The notes under the pieces are model-generated. The model was not told the origin of the DNA and made no database searches. It was given only the letters and a program-made list of their open reading frames with translations. Source: Candidatus Spongiisociaceae bacterium (lineage in GTDB: Bacteria; Actinomycetota; Acidimicrobiia; Spongiisociales; Spongiisociaceae). Taken from it: a DNA stretch of 64,000 nt. The DNA lies in contig OZ253564.1 in NCBI GenBank assembly GCA_965262915.1, positions 3,712,001-3,776,000 on the forward strand. The letters run 5' to 3'. How positions within the stretch are numbered: position 1 is the first letter of the stretch; every line of letters starts with the position of its first letter. Both the position numbers and the translations under genes were made by a program. This document shows, one piece after another, positions 39,686 through 48,955 of the stretch.

Positions 39686-41437
39686 GAGCCTGCTGATTTA
39701 GGGGTAGGTGGGGTGGCTGTGTTGGTGTGTTGGGGGGTGGTGTGTGTGCTGGATTGGGATTTCGGGGGTGGTTTCGGGGGGTTTGGTGGCCGTTTTGGGG
39801 GTGGTGGGCCGGTCCGGGGGCGGTTGGTTTTGGTTTAGGTGGTGGTGAGCGTCCAGCCGCTGGTTGTGTGGGCCACGTCGAGGTTGATGAGCCGTTGTAG
39901 GTTGATGGCTGCTGTTTTGGTGGTGAACCACATTTGGTTGGCTTTGGTTCCTTGGTATGGGACGCGTCGGGCTTTGCCGCGGGTGAGCCAGGCGATGCTC
40001 CGTTCGACGGGTGGCCGGTATCGGCGGTAGGTGGTTTTGGTTTCGTCGTCTGCCCAGCGGGCTTTGTTGGCGGCTCGACGGTCGTGGTATTTGTCGACGA
40101 CGATGGTGCGTCCTTTCTTGGCGGTGGTGCACCGGGCCCGTTTGGGGCAGTCTTTGCATCGCTTGGCGAAGGGGGCGGTACCGCCGGGGCGGATGCGGGC
40201 GGTGTGCCCGACGGGACAGGTCACGGTTCTGGCTTTGGTGTCGATGTCGAAGTCGTCGCGGTGGTAGCCGTTTTCGATGTGGGGTTTGCGGACGATGGGT
40301 TTGGTGATGGGGGTGAGGTTGTTTTGGTCGAAGGTTTCGAGGGCGGGACCGGACCCATACGCCGAGTCGGCAATAACCTCGCTGTCGGGGGCCTGGTCGG
40401 CAACGAGGTCGGCAACCAGGTCGGCGTCGGGGGTGTTGGCCCCAGTTATCTTCGCGGCGGTGACCAGCCCGGTTTCGGGCTCCGCGGCTATATGCGCCTT
40501 GTAACCGTCCCGTTTGTGCGCCCGGGTCTTGTGACCATGCCGGGCGTCGGGGTCCACCGTGGATATGGTCCGGTCCTTGGCCACACGCCGGGCTATCCGC
40601 CAGCGGCCCTCCCGCTCCGGATCGGCTTCCACGTCCTGGCCCGCCACCACACCCAACAGTCCCACAGCGTCGGCCTGCTCGCCGCTCAACTTCGCATCCT
40701 CGACCGCTGCGATGACCGCCAACGCGTCGGACACCAGCCCGTTGATCAGCTCAGAGCGGCTTTCGGGATCGGACCAGTCGCAGGACGGTTTCGCCCTCGA
40801 GTCGTAATCGTGAGCTACCAGCACCAGATCGGCCGCCTGCGGTATCAGACGACGGCAACGCCGTATCTGCGATGAGATCATTGTTACCGTGTCCTGGGTA
40901 GCTACCGCGTCGTCCAAGATGGTGGAATCCAGAGCACGACGGTCCTTGCCTGCCAACACCCCACACTCGTCTATCACCCGCCGTACCGCGTCGAAGATAC
41001 GCTCGGGACGGTCACTGGCCCGGAGTCTTGCCCGCCACAGGGTAAGCACCGTCGGGTGGAATCCCCCGTCGCTCAGCGACAGACCCGCCGCCGCTTTCCA
41101 CGCTATATCACGCCGCAGACTCTGGATCGCTTCTCTATCCGACAGTCCCTCGAGCGCTTGGAGGACCATCACCACGGCGATCACCGGCCCCGGCACAGAC
41201 GGGCGACCCCGCCCACTCCCGAACAGATCCGCGAACATCTCGTCAGGGAACAGGCGGCGGCGGTTCTCGGCCAAGAACCGGTACACCGACCCCACAGGAA
41301 CCAGATGCCACAGATCTGTCGTGTCCAAAAACTCACGATCAAAACTCTCAAAACCCTGCATAACCCCTACACTAATACCAACAAACCCAAAACGCGAACA
41401 CCCCAAACCCCGATACAGCGATTAAATCAGCAGTCTC
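39686..41437 (-). mobile_element. IS1182-family insertion sequence
   Basis: TIR GAGCCTGCTGATTTA / TAAATCAGCAGTCTC (14/15 match); CTAG duplicated at 39682-39685 and 41438-41441. Confidence 0.92.
39835..41361 (-). CDS. IS1182-family DDE transposase
   Basis: GRPS, SDRE, LDST, DPDAR.GHK, GYKAH, ADSAY, Cys-rich insert, R..VER. Confidence 0.9.
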   Translation of the reverse strand: MQGFESFDREFLDTTDLWHLVPVGSVYRFLAENRRRLFPDEMFADLFGSGRGRPSVPGPVIAVVMVLQALEGLSDREAIQSLRRDIAWKAAAGLSLSDGGFHPTVLTLWRARLRASDRPERIFDAVRRVIDECGVLAGKDRRALDSTILDDAVATQDTVTMISSQIRRCRRLIPQAADLVLVAHDYDSRAKPSCDWSDPESRSELINGLVSDALAVIAAVEDAKLSGEQADAVGLLGVVAGQDVEADPEREGRWRIARRVAKDRTISTVDPDARHGHKTRAHKRDGYKAHIAAEPETGLVTAAKITGANTPDADLVADLVADQAPDSEVIADSAYGSGPALETFDQNNLTPITKPIVRKPHIENGYHRDDFDIDTKARTVTCPVGHTARIRPGGTAPFAKRCKDCPKRARCTTAKKGRTIVVDKYHDRRAANKARWADDETKTTYRRYRPPVERSIAWLTRGKARRVPYQGTKANQMWFTTKTAAINLQRLINLDVAHTTSGWTLTTT

Positions 41438-43015
41438 CTAGGTGCGTGAGGACGGTAGAGGAGGGGCGTCGAAGGGGGTGAGACCTTCCCCGATCACCCC
41501 TGCGAAGAAGGGGCTTTGACCGGGAGGGAGAGGAGGTAGGTCGGGAGAGACGAACCTGCCCATCGGTTCTTCGGTGATGTGACCCTGGTCGTAGACGATG
41601 CGGCCTCTGGACAGGGTGGTGAGGATACGGCCGGTCAGGCCTATACCGTCATAGACCTTGCCGCTCCCGCCCGACCTGCTCAGGAACCTGGACGAGTCGA
41701 CGGGTACGCGGGTATCCAGCAGAGTATCGAGGTCGGTGGTCCCGGCCACCACCAAGTCACCCCAGGCGCGGGCCTCCAAGAGGGTCTGGATGTCGGTGTG
41801 TCGGGTGAGCTGCATGAGCTTGGCCGTCTCGACGGTGATGTGCGATCCGGGATCCACCAGCACCAGATCGGCGTCGGCGCCTGCGACGATCGTACCTTTG
41901 CGAGGGTAGATGCCGAACAGTTTGGCCGGATTGGCGCTCATCACCTCCACCGCCCTGACAAGGGGAAGGCGTCCGGTCAGGCCGGCGTCCAGCATCACCG
42001 GGACCAGCATCTCCAACGAGGGAATCCCCTGTCCGGCGGCGGCGAAGTCGGCGGCCGCCTTCTCGGCGGGCGTGAAGGGGGCATGGTCGGAGGCCACCAC
42101 CGCCAGAGACGCATCCGCCAGTGACCGCCAGAGATAGTCGATATCCGATTTGGAACGGAGGGGCGGCGCCACCTTGACGAAATTGCCGAGGCGGGGAAGG
42201 TATGTCTCGTCGAACAGCAGGTAGTGGGGACAGGACTCGGCGGACACGTCGACACCGCTCGCCTGAGCGGCCTGCACCTCTTCGGTGGCCAGCCGGGAGG
42301 TGATGTGAACGATGTGTAGCGGAAGGCCGACTTCCCGGGCGATGGTGGCCACCAGTCCCACGGCGGCCGCTTCCACCATGGGAGGCCGGGAGGGATTGCC
42401 GAACCGGTCCGGAAACTTGCGGAAGTGTTCGATGAACGGCTGGCTCTCGGCATGGACCGCGCATCGCAGCCCCGTGGGCGCCACCGTCCGCAGGCACTCG
42501 TAGATCTCCTCGGGCGCCGAGGCCCACAGTCCCTCGAACTCGTCGAGACGTTCGGGAGGGGGGTTGTGCGTGAATAGCTTGAACCCGATCGCGCCGCTCT
42601 CAGCCATCGCCTCCGCCCGGGCCGGGTCGGTGATCCCCGCTCCGGCGTACAGGGCGAAGTCGATCACGCACTCGGCTTCTCCCAGCTTCCGTCGGGCTTC
42701 GAACGTCTGCGGGGTACTGCAAGGCGGGTTCGAGATAGGCATCTCGAAGAGGGTGGTGATCCCCGCCGCCGCTGCCGCCCGCGACTCGGAGGCGAAGGTG
42801 GCCCGCTCGGGGTGGCTGGGCGCCCGGCAGTGGAAGTGCGCGTCCACCGCACCGGGAATCACCAGCAACCCGGAGGCGTCAATCTCGCTACGGGCCGGTC
42901 CCAGGGAACCCGGTGAACCAACCTCGGAGATGCAGTCACCGTCCACGCCGATATCGGCCGGGTGGGCGCCCCGGTCGCTCACCACCGTCCCCCCGACGAC
43001 TCTCAGATCGAGCAT
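41438..43015 (-). CDS. Cyclic amidohydrolase (dihydroorotase/allantoinase family)
   Basis: PGAVDAHFH, GFKLF, VHAE, CPHYL, PPLR, SDHAP. Confidence 0.92.
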   Translation of the reverse strand: MLDLRVVGGTVVSDRGAHPADIGVDGDCISEVGSPGSLGPARSEIDASGLLVIPGAVDAHFHCRAPSHPERATFASESRAAAAAGITTLFEMPISNPPCSTPQTFEARRKLGEAECVIDFALYAGAGITDPARAEAMAESGAIGFKLFTHNPPPERLDEFEGLWASAPEEIYECLRTVAPTGLRCAVHAESQPFIEHFRKFPDRFGNPSRPPMVEAAAVGLVATIAREVGLPLHIVHITSRLATEEVQAAQASGVDVSAESCPHYLLFDETYLPRLGNFVKVAPPLRSKSDIDYLWRSLADASLAVVASDHAPFTPAEKAAADFAAAGQGIPSLEMLVPVMLDAGLTGRLPLVRAVEVMSANPAKLFGIYPRKGTIVAGADADLVLVDPGSHITVETAKLMQLTRHTDIQTLLEARAWGDLVVAGTTDLDTLLDTRVPVDSSRFLSRSGGSGKVYDGIGLTGRILTTLSRGRIVYDQGHITEEPMGRFVSPDLPPLPPGQSPFFAGVIGEGLTPFDAPPLPSSRT

Positions 43016-43055
43016 CTAATGCTTCCGGATCGTCTCCGTTGCTCCGGACTCCCTG

Positions 43056-44300
43056 CTACGCCCGCCGGTAGCCGATCTCGGGGCCCGGTCCCCAACGGGT
43101 GCCCATACCCTCGACGTCCCGTCCGACCTGGGTATAGCCACCTTCGGAGGAGAAGGCGATGTGTCCTCTCACGAAGACCCGCTTGACGTCCTTCATGTGG
43201 TCCAGTGAGGCCAGCGGGTCGCCTCCCACAGCTACCACATCGGCGGTCCTGCCCGCTTCCAGGCTGCCCAGTTGGTCCTCAAGTCCTAAGAGTTTGATGC
43301 CCCGGCGGGTTATGGAGTTGAGCGCGTCCAGGTTGTCGGGACATACCCCGACTTTCACCATGAACTTGAGTTCCTCGGCGATGGCGTAGTGCGGGACCAC
43401 CGGACTTCCGGCGTCGGTACCGAACACGATGGGGATACCCGCGGCGGCGGCCGCGGCGTTGCCGGCGAACCGATCCTTCTCGGCCATCTGGTCCTTGCGG
43501 CGCTCCACATCGGAGACGGTCATCCCGAAGTCCAAGCCGAACTTGACCTGCTGCACCAGCGGGGAGAAGGTTGTGACGATGGGAGTGCCCTTCTCCACCA
43601 TCTTCTCGATGGTGGCGGGACTCATCGACCCACCGTGCTCCACGCAGTCCACCCCGGCGTCCACGACGCGCGAGATGGCCTCGTCGAAGGTGGCGTGGGC
43701 GGTCACCTTCATCCCGTTCTGGTGAGCCTCTTCAACCATGGCCCGCAACTCGTCCATGGTGAACTGCACCTCTTCGTGCGAGCCCATGATCTTGATCCAT
43801 GTCGCGCCGGCCTTGAACTGTTCCCGGATAGCCTTGCGCACCCCGTAGATACCGTCGGCTTCCCGGCAGCACCACCACGTGTGGCCGCCGGTCGTGCAGA
43901 TGGCCCTCCCGTTGGGGAACAGGCGGATCCAGGGGGCCCAGCCGTTGTCGATGGCGGTCTTGGCATCGATGTTGGCATTGTTCATGCCCAGGTCACGGAT
44001 AGTGGTGACCCCGGCCGACAGGGTGCGGTGAATGTTCATCACCGCCTTCATGGCGTTGACGGCCGGGGATTCGTAGGCCTGCACCTCCAGGTCGTGGGTT
44101 CCGTCCCACCCCAGGTGAACGTGGCAGTTCACCAGACCGGGCAGCAGGTACATGCCGGAAACGTCCACCACCTTGTCAGCCGGCCGGCCGTTGGCCGCTC
44201 CCACCGAGACGATCTGCTCGCCTTCGATGACCAGATCCTGTTGTTCGGAGGGTCCGCCGTCCAGGTTTACAACGACTCCGCCTTTGAGAATTGTGCGCAC
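43056..44300 (-). CDS. Amidohydrolase (Xaa-Pro dipeptidase-like, metal-dependent hydrolase A)
   Basis: PGLVNCHVH, TGGH, IKI, TAHA, EHG, FGTDAG. Confidence 0.9.
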   Translation of the reverse strand: MRTILKGGVVVNLDGGPSEQQDLVIEGEQIVSVGAANGRPADKVVDVSGMYLLPGLVNCHVHLGWDGTHDLEVQAYESPAVNAMKAVMNIHRTLSAGVTTIRDLGMNNANIDAKTAIDNGWAPWIRLFPNGRAICTTGGHTWWCCREADGIYGVRKAIREQFKAGATWIKIMGSHEEVQFTMDELRAMVEEAHQNGMKVTAHATFDEAISRVVDAGVDCVEHGGSMSPATIEKMVEKGTPIVTTFSPLVQQVKFGLDFGMTVSDVERRKDQMAEKDRFAGNAAAAAAGIPIVFGTDAGSPVVPHYAIAEELKFMVKVGVCPDNLDALNSITRRGIKLLGLEDQLGSLEAGRTADVVAVGGDPLASLDHMKDVKRVFVRGHIAFSSEGGYTQVGRDVEGMGTRWGPGPEIGYRRA

Positions 44301-44323
44301 TTTTGTTCCTTTCTAGTTGCGGA

Positions 44324-45706
44324 TCAGATCTTGCCAAGCCGGCGCAGGGCGGTCCCCACCGCGGCCAGGTTGGGGAGGGTCAACTCCGAGTAGTTCCGGG
44401 AGATCATCACGCCTCCGGCCCCGCCTTCGAACGAGGCTTCCACCATGGCCTCGCAATCGGCGGGGGTGATGTCACGAGCCACCGTCTCCACTCCCAGTCC
44501 GATACCGGGATAGACCTCCACCTCCGGTCCCACCGCTTCCACATAGCGACGAGTGAAGTCGGCGACATATTTAGGGCTGAAACCGGTGGGTGGCAGGTCC
44601 TCGAAGGGCGCCTCGTCCAAGCCGAGAATCTTGTAGAGGATCGGGGTCCACTCGGAAGGGCTGGCGTCACCGAGGATTGTCTTGCACAGGTTGGTCACGA
44701 ACTTGGCGAACCGCGCCCCGCCCGGTGCGTTGTAGAAGACCGGCTTGAGCCAGTCGGCGTACAGCTTGTACTCGGCTGGATCGTGTGCGGCCCGCAACAG
44801 CGGGTTGAAGGTGTTGATCATCTGCCAGATCCCGAAGCCCACCTGGTAGTCGTCGCCGAAGAAGCGGACCAGCCCGGAGATCTCCCGGTAGAGATCCTTG
44901 TGGCCGTCCCACCACAGCTTCTGCCACTGCGAGACCTCGGGGTACTCGAAGAGATGGCGGAGGAACGTGATCAGCTTGCCATCGCGGGGCTGGTGCCCGC
45001 CTCGCACCGCGCTGAGGTATTCGTGAATCTTGCGGTACCCCTCGGCGGCCCGGCCGGCGTCGATGTTACGGCGGTGGGCCTCCGAACGGCAGTGGACGCA
45101 GAAGCACGTGGGGACCTCGTTGCTGACGATCATCGAGGAGAGCGGGTCCTCGCGCTCGATTCCCCACAAGACCCCGTTCAGGTCGTACTCGTTCAGCCAG
45201 TTGTCGATCACCCCGAACCACCAGTTCCGGTAGTTGGGGTTGTACAGGCAGGGGCGGGTGGCCTTGCGGCCCCACGGGTCGACCTCCAGCACCTGGGCGA
45301 AGCCCGGCTGCCAGAGTGGCTTGGGATTCACATGTGCCGTCTCGCAGTAGTAGGGGAAGACCTCGATACCTCTTTCCCGGGCGGCCGGAATGACGTCGCC
45401 CAGGATGTCCCGGCCTTCATAGAGAGGATCGGGGGCCGTGAAATCCTTGACGAAGGTCCCGTGGTAGTACCTGGCGTCAGGCGGGAAGAAGGCCCCGCCC
45501 TGCAGGTTGTCGGGTTCCTGGCCACCGTGGTCGGGATAGTCTCCGCTCCCCGAACGCCCGGCGTTGCCCCGCGCCCACGAGAGGGCGGAGATGAAGATGG
45601 CGTTGACGCCGGCCGACTCCACGAAGATGTCGAGGGTCTCGTCGATCCCCTCGTCGATGAAGCTGATCCCGCCGACCTGCATTCCGACAAAGGTCTGCTC
45701 ACTCAT
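44324..45706 (-). CDS. Uncharacterised protein, possibly a glycoside-hydrolase-like TIM barrel
   Basis: Codon style and RBS GGAGG support the gene; PCLYNP.YR..W, YDLNG, CFCxHC suggest the fold, which is inferred. Confidence 0.55.
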   Translation of the reverse strand: MSEQTFVGMQVGGISFIDEGIDETLDIFVESAGVNAIFISALSWARGNAGRSGSGDYPDHGGQEPDNLQGGAFFPPDARYYHGTFVKDFTAPDPLYEGRDILGDVIPAARERGIEVFPYYCETAHVNPKPLWQPGFAQVLEVDPWGRKATRPCLYNPNYRNWWFGVIDNWLNEYDLNGVLWGIEREDPLSSMIVSNEVPTCFCVHCRSEAHRRNIDAGRAAEGYRKIHEYLSAVRGGHQPRDGKLITFLRHLFEYPEVSQWQKLWWDGHKDLYREISGLVRFFGDDYQVGFGIWQMINTFNPLLRAAHDPAEYKLYADWLKPVFYNAPGGARFAKFVTNLCKTILGDASPSEWTPILYKILGLDEAPFEDLPPTGFSPKYVADFTRRYVEAVGPEVEVYPGIGLGVETVARDITPADCEAMVEASFEGGAGGVMISRNYSELTLPNLAAVGTALRRLGKI

Positions 45707-45707
45707 G

Positions 45708-46703
45708 TCATTCCTCCAATCGCCGCGCGATGACCCGGCCCGCCGCGGCCAGTTCCTGTGCTACCGATACGGCGCTGGGAATACCACCGGTGTGCGGAGT
45801 CATCAGCAGGTTCGGGGTGCTGCGCAGGGGACTGTCCGGCAGGATCGGTTCCCACCAGAAGACATCCAGGCCCGCTCCGGCCAGGTGACCGCTGTGGAGC
45901 GCGGCCGCCAAGGCGTCCTCGTCCACCAAGCGCCCGCGGGCGGTGTTGACGAAGAACGATCCCTCGGGCATCAAGGCGAACTCGCGCGCACCCATCATCT
46001 TCTCCGTCTCCGGAGTGAACCGGTTGTGAATCGAGACGCAGTGAGATGCCGCCAGCAGCTCGTCGAAGGGCAGATAACGGATCCCAAGCTCCTTTTCCAC
46101 TTCGGGGGAGAAGCGGTTGCGCTTGGTGTAGATGACATCCATTCCGAACGCCACCAGCCTGGTGGCCACCTCGCGCCCGATCTTGCCGACTCCGACCAGA
46201 CCGACCCGCTTGCCCACCAAGGCCTCGAAGAGGTCCAAGCCGACCCAGTTGTAGGAGTAGTTCTCCTGGTCGGTCACGAAGGGCTCCATGCCGTCGACTA
46301 TCACCCCCTCCATGAGGCGGCGGTGGGCGGTGGGCAGGCGTTTGAAGAGAGCCAGGATCATCATCACCGCGTGCTCTGCCACGCTGATCAGCGACGGGGA
46401 CAGGACCTTGTCGGCCCAGATCCCCTGCGCTTCGCAGATCTCGGACGAAGGAGTGGCGCCTCCCGAGTCGAGCGTTACCACCCCGCGAAGAGAGGAGAGA
46501 GCACGGAGTTGGTCGTCGCCGATCCCCTGGCGCCAGAGTGCCAAATAGTCGGCTCGGTCGACCGTGCCCGACGAGAGTGCGTCCTCCAGCACGGTTGCGC
46601 CGGCCGGCAGCGCGTCCAGGAGTGCTGCCACCTGGGCGGCCGAGAAATCCTCGACCAGGGCTACCGCGGGGCCGCTCACCGGCCGCTCCGGCAGTCGTTC
46701 CAT
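45708..46703 (-). CDS. D-isomer-specific 2-hydroxyacid dehydrogenase
   Basis: SVAEH, GVGKIG, NTARG, LDVF..EP, TPH. Confidence 0.92.
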   Translation of the reverse strand: MERLPERPVSGPAVALVEDFSAAQVAALLDALPAGATVLEDALSSGTVDRADYLALWRQGIGDDQLRALSSLRGVVTLDSGGATPSSEICEAQGIWADKVLSPSLISVAEHAVMMILALFKRLPTAHRRLMEGVIVDGMEPFVTDQENYSYNWVGLDLFEALVGKRVGLVGVGKIGREVATRLVAFGMDVIYTKRNRFSPEVEKELGIRYLPFDELLAASHCVSIHNRFTPETEKMMGAREFALMPEGSFFVNTARGRLVDEDALAAALHSGHLAGAGLDVFWWEPILPDSPLRSTPNLLMTPHTGGIPSAVSVAQELAAAGRVIARRLEE

Positions 46704-47872
46704 AGTCGCGTGAAGCGCTCCATGGCTTCGTGCAGCTCATCCCGAGGCGCCAGGTAGGAGATGCGGATGTATTTCACGGCACCCTCGGCGAAGATGTTGC
46801 CCGGTGAGAACAGGATCCCGTAGTCGACCGCCTTGTCGACGAAGGACACCGCATCCATCCCCGACCCCGAAACGTTGGCGAAGAAGTAGAACCCGCCCTT
46901 GGGTTCCCCGTAGGTGACACCCAACTTGTCGAAGGTAGCCCGCATGACAGCCCGGCGTTGGTGGTACTCGACCATCATCTCGTCCAGGAATTCCTGCGGT
47001 CCCTCGAGGGCGGCCAGCGCGGCGTGCTGGGAGGGAAGGGCCGTGGAGATGCTGAGGGAGTGGCGGGGCTCGGTGGCGGCCAGGATGTAGTCGCCCGGCC
47101 CGGCCATGTACCCCACCCGGAAGCCGGTCATGCTGTAGGCCTTGGAGAACCCGTTGATCGTGATCGTGCGATCCCACATTCCCGGCAGGGTGGCGAAGCT
47201 GATGTGCTCGAAGCCGTCGTACACTACCTTTTCGTACAGCTCGTCGGAGACGACCACCAGACCCGGATGCGCCCGCACCACGTCCGCGATCTCGTTCAGG
47301 GTTTCGGGGGTGATCACCCCGGCAGTGGGGTTGTTGGGGGTGACCAGCACCAGCAGCTTGGTGCGCTCGGTGATGGCCGCCTCGATGGCTTCCGGCTTCA
47401 GTTCGAAGTCCTCTTCCTCCACGGTGGGAACGTAGACGATCTTCCCCCCCGCCATGATGATGTTGGCCGGGTAGGCCATGTAATGGGGGGTGGCGAGAAG
47501 CACCTCGTCGCCGGGATCCAGCAGAGTCTGAAGGCTGACCGCCATCGACTCCTGGGCGCCGGCGGTTACCAGTATCTCGGACTCGGCGTCGTACTCGAGG
47601 TTGTTGTCCTGTTTGAACTTGCGAGCTATAGCCTCCCGCAGTTCGATCATCCCCCCGGGCGGGGTGTAGCCGATGTGGCCGGTGTCCAGACAGCGCTTGG
47701 CGGCATCGACGATGTGGGAGGGGGTCGGGATGTCCGGTTCCCCTCTCACCAGGCGGATGATGTCGTCACGGCCCTGGACCTTCCGCATGATCTGGAAGTA
47801 GGGCGACTCGTGGCCGCCGCGGATGCGTAACGTGCGCTCCGCTAACGCTGATCTCAGTGTGCTTTGGCTCAT
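46676..47872 (-). CDS. Class I/II PLP aminotransferase (AspB-like)
   Basis: GEPD, PNNPT, SDELY, FSKAYSMTGFRVG. Confidence 0.95.
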   Translation of the reverse strand: MSQSTLRSALAERTLRIRGGHESPYFQIMRKVQGRDDIIRLVRGEPDIPTPSHIVDAAKRCLDTGHIGYTPPGGMIELREAIARKFKQDNNLEYDAESEILVTAGAQESMAVSLQTLLDPGDEVLLATPHYMAYPANIIMAGGKIVYVPTVEEEDFELKPEAIEAAITERTKLLVLVTPNNPTAGVITPETLNEIADVVRAHPGLVVVSDELYEKVVYDGFEHISFATLPGMWDRTITINGFSKAYSMTGFRVGYMAGPGDYILAATEPRHSLSISTALPSQHAALAALEGPQEFLDEMMVEYHQRRAVMRATFDKLGVTYGEPKGGFYFFANVSGSGMDAVSFVDKAVDYGILFSPGNIFAEGAVKYIRISYLAPRDELHEAMERFTRLWNDCRSGR

Positions 47873-47937
47873 TGGGACTCCATATCTGAGGCTGTCGGGT
47901 TGGTTCCAGTCGGTCGGGTTGGAAGGCTGCGCGAAAC

Positions 47938-48870
47938 TCAGCCGCCCAAGTCGGCGTAGCGTTGCATACCTTCCGCGATCCCCACTGGATTCCAGCCGAG
48001 GTCGGCGCGGGCCTTGTCACAGGAGATGGTGGTGGCCCGGTCGGGAGTGGCGTCTATCAGCATCTCGGCATCGTCGTCCACCACCACGCCGAACGAATCC
48101 ATAGCCGCTTCCAGCACATCACGGAAGGGAATGGGATTTCCCGACGAGAACGCGAAGGAGCGGCTTCCCATTCCGCCCGAATAGAAGCGCTGGGCGCCCT
48201 CTGCAACGTCGTCCACGAAGATCCAGTCGCAGCGGTCGTCCATGCCGATCACGCGTACCGGAACACCGTCCATGGCGGCGTCGGCCAGTTGCTTGGCCTG
48301 GGTGACGAACGGGCGGGTGTTGCGGAACTCCTCAGCCGGTCCGTACATGGAGGTTGGCCGGATGGCGCCGGCGTCGAACCCGAACATGTCGGCGTACCTG
48401 TAGAGCATGATCTCGGCGGCCAGCTTGGCCGAACCGTAGAGCGAGAAGCCGCCGTCGGCGTCCTCCTCGGTGAGCACCTCTTCATCGAACTGGTTGTAGA
48501 CACCGGCCGAGGAGATGAACAGGAACTTGCCCAGATTCTCCTTGCGGGCGAACTCCAAGGCGTTGAGGGTTCCGATCAGGTTGACCCGCACCAGTTTGGA
48601 CGGGTCCTCCTTCGCCTCCTGGATGCTGGGCGTCAACGCCGCGGCGTGGACGATCCCGTCCACCGATCCGGTGACATCGGTGGACCAGGCAGCCGGGTCA
48701 CCCACATCAAGGACCACGTAGTCGACTCGGTCGCTCGGCGTGTCCGAGCGAGGTGCAAACTCGTCGGGCGGAAGGATGTCGGCCGCCACCACATGATCTC
48801 CGCCCCGGGCAAAGGCCCGGACCAGGGCTCTTCCGAAGAACCCCGCTGCTCCTGTAACCAGTACTCTCAT
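47938..48870 (-). CDS. NAD-dependent epimerase/dehydratase (extended SDR)
   Basis: TGAAGFFG, HAAA, SSAGVY, YGSAK. Confidence 0.92.
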   Translation of the reverse strand: MRVLVTGAAGFFGRALVRAFARGGDHVVAADILPPDEFAPRSDTPSDRVDYVVLDVGDPAAWSTDVTGSVDGIVHAAALTPSIQEAKEDPSKLVRVNLIGTLNALEFARKENLGKFLFISSAGVYNQFDEEVLTEEDADGGFSLYGSAKLAAEIMLYRYADMFGFDAGAIRPTSMYGPAEEFRNTRPFVTQAKQLADAAMDGVPVRVIGMDDRCDWIFVDDVAEGAQRFYSGGMGSRSFAFSSGNPIPFRDVLEAAMDSFGVVVDDDAEMLIDATPDRATTISCDKARADLGWNPVGIAEGMQRYADLGG

Positions 48871-48955
48871 CTCGCCTTGTTCTTCCCTTCTCCCGTGCCT
48901 AGGCACAGGCTGACCTGACACTTGCCGGAATGGGTTGTACCCGCGGGGCCACGCC

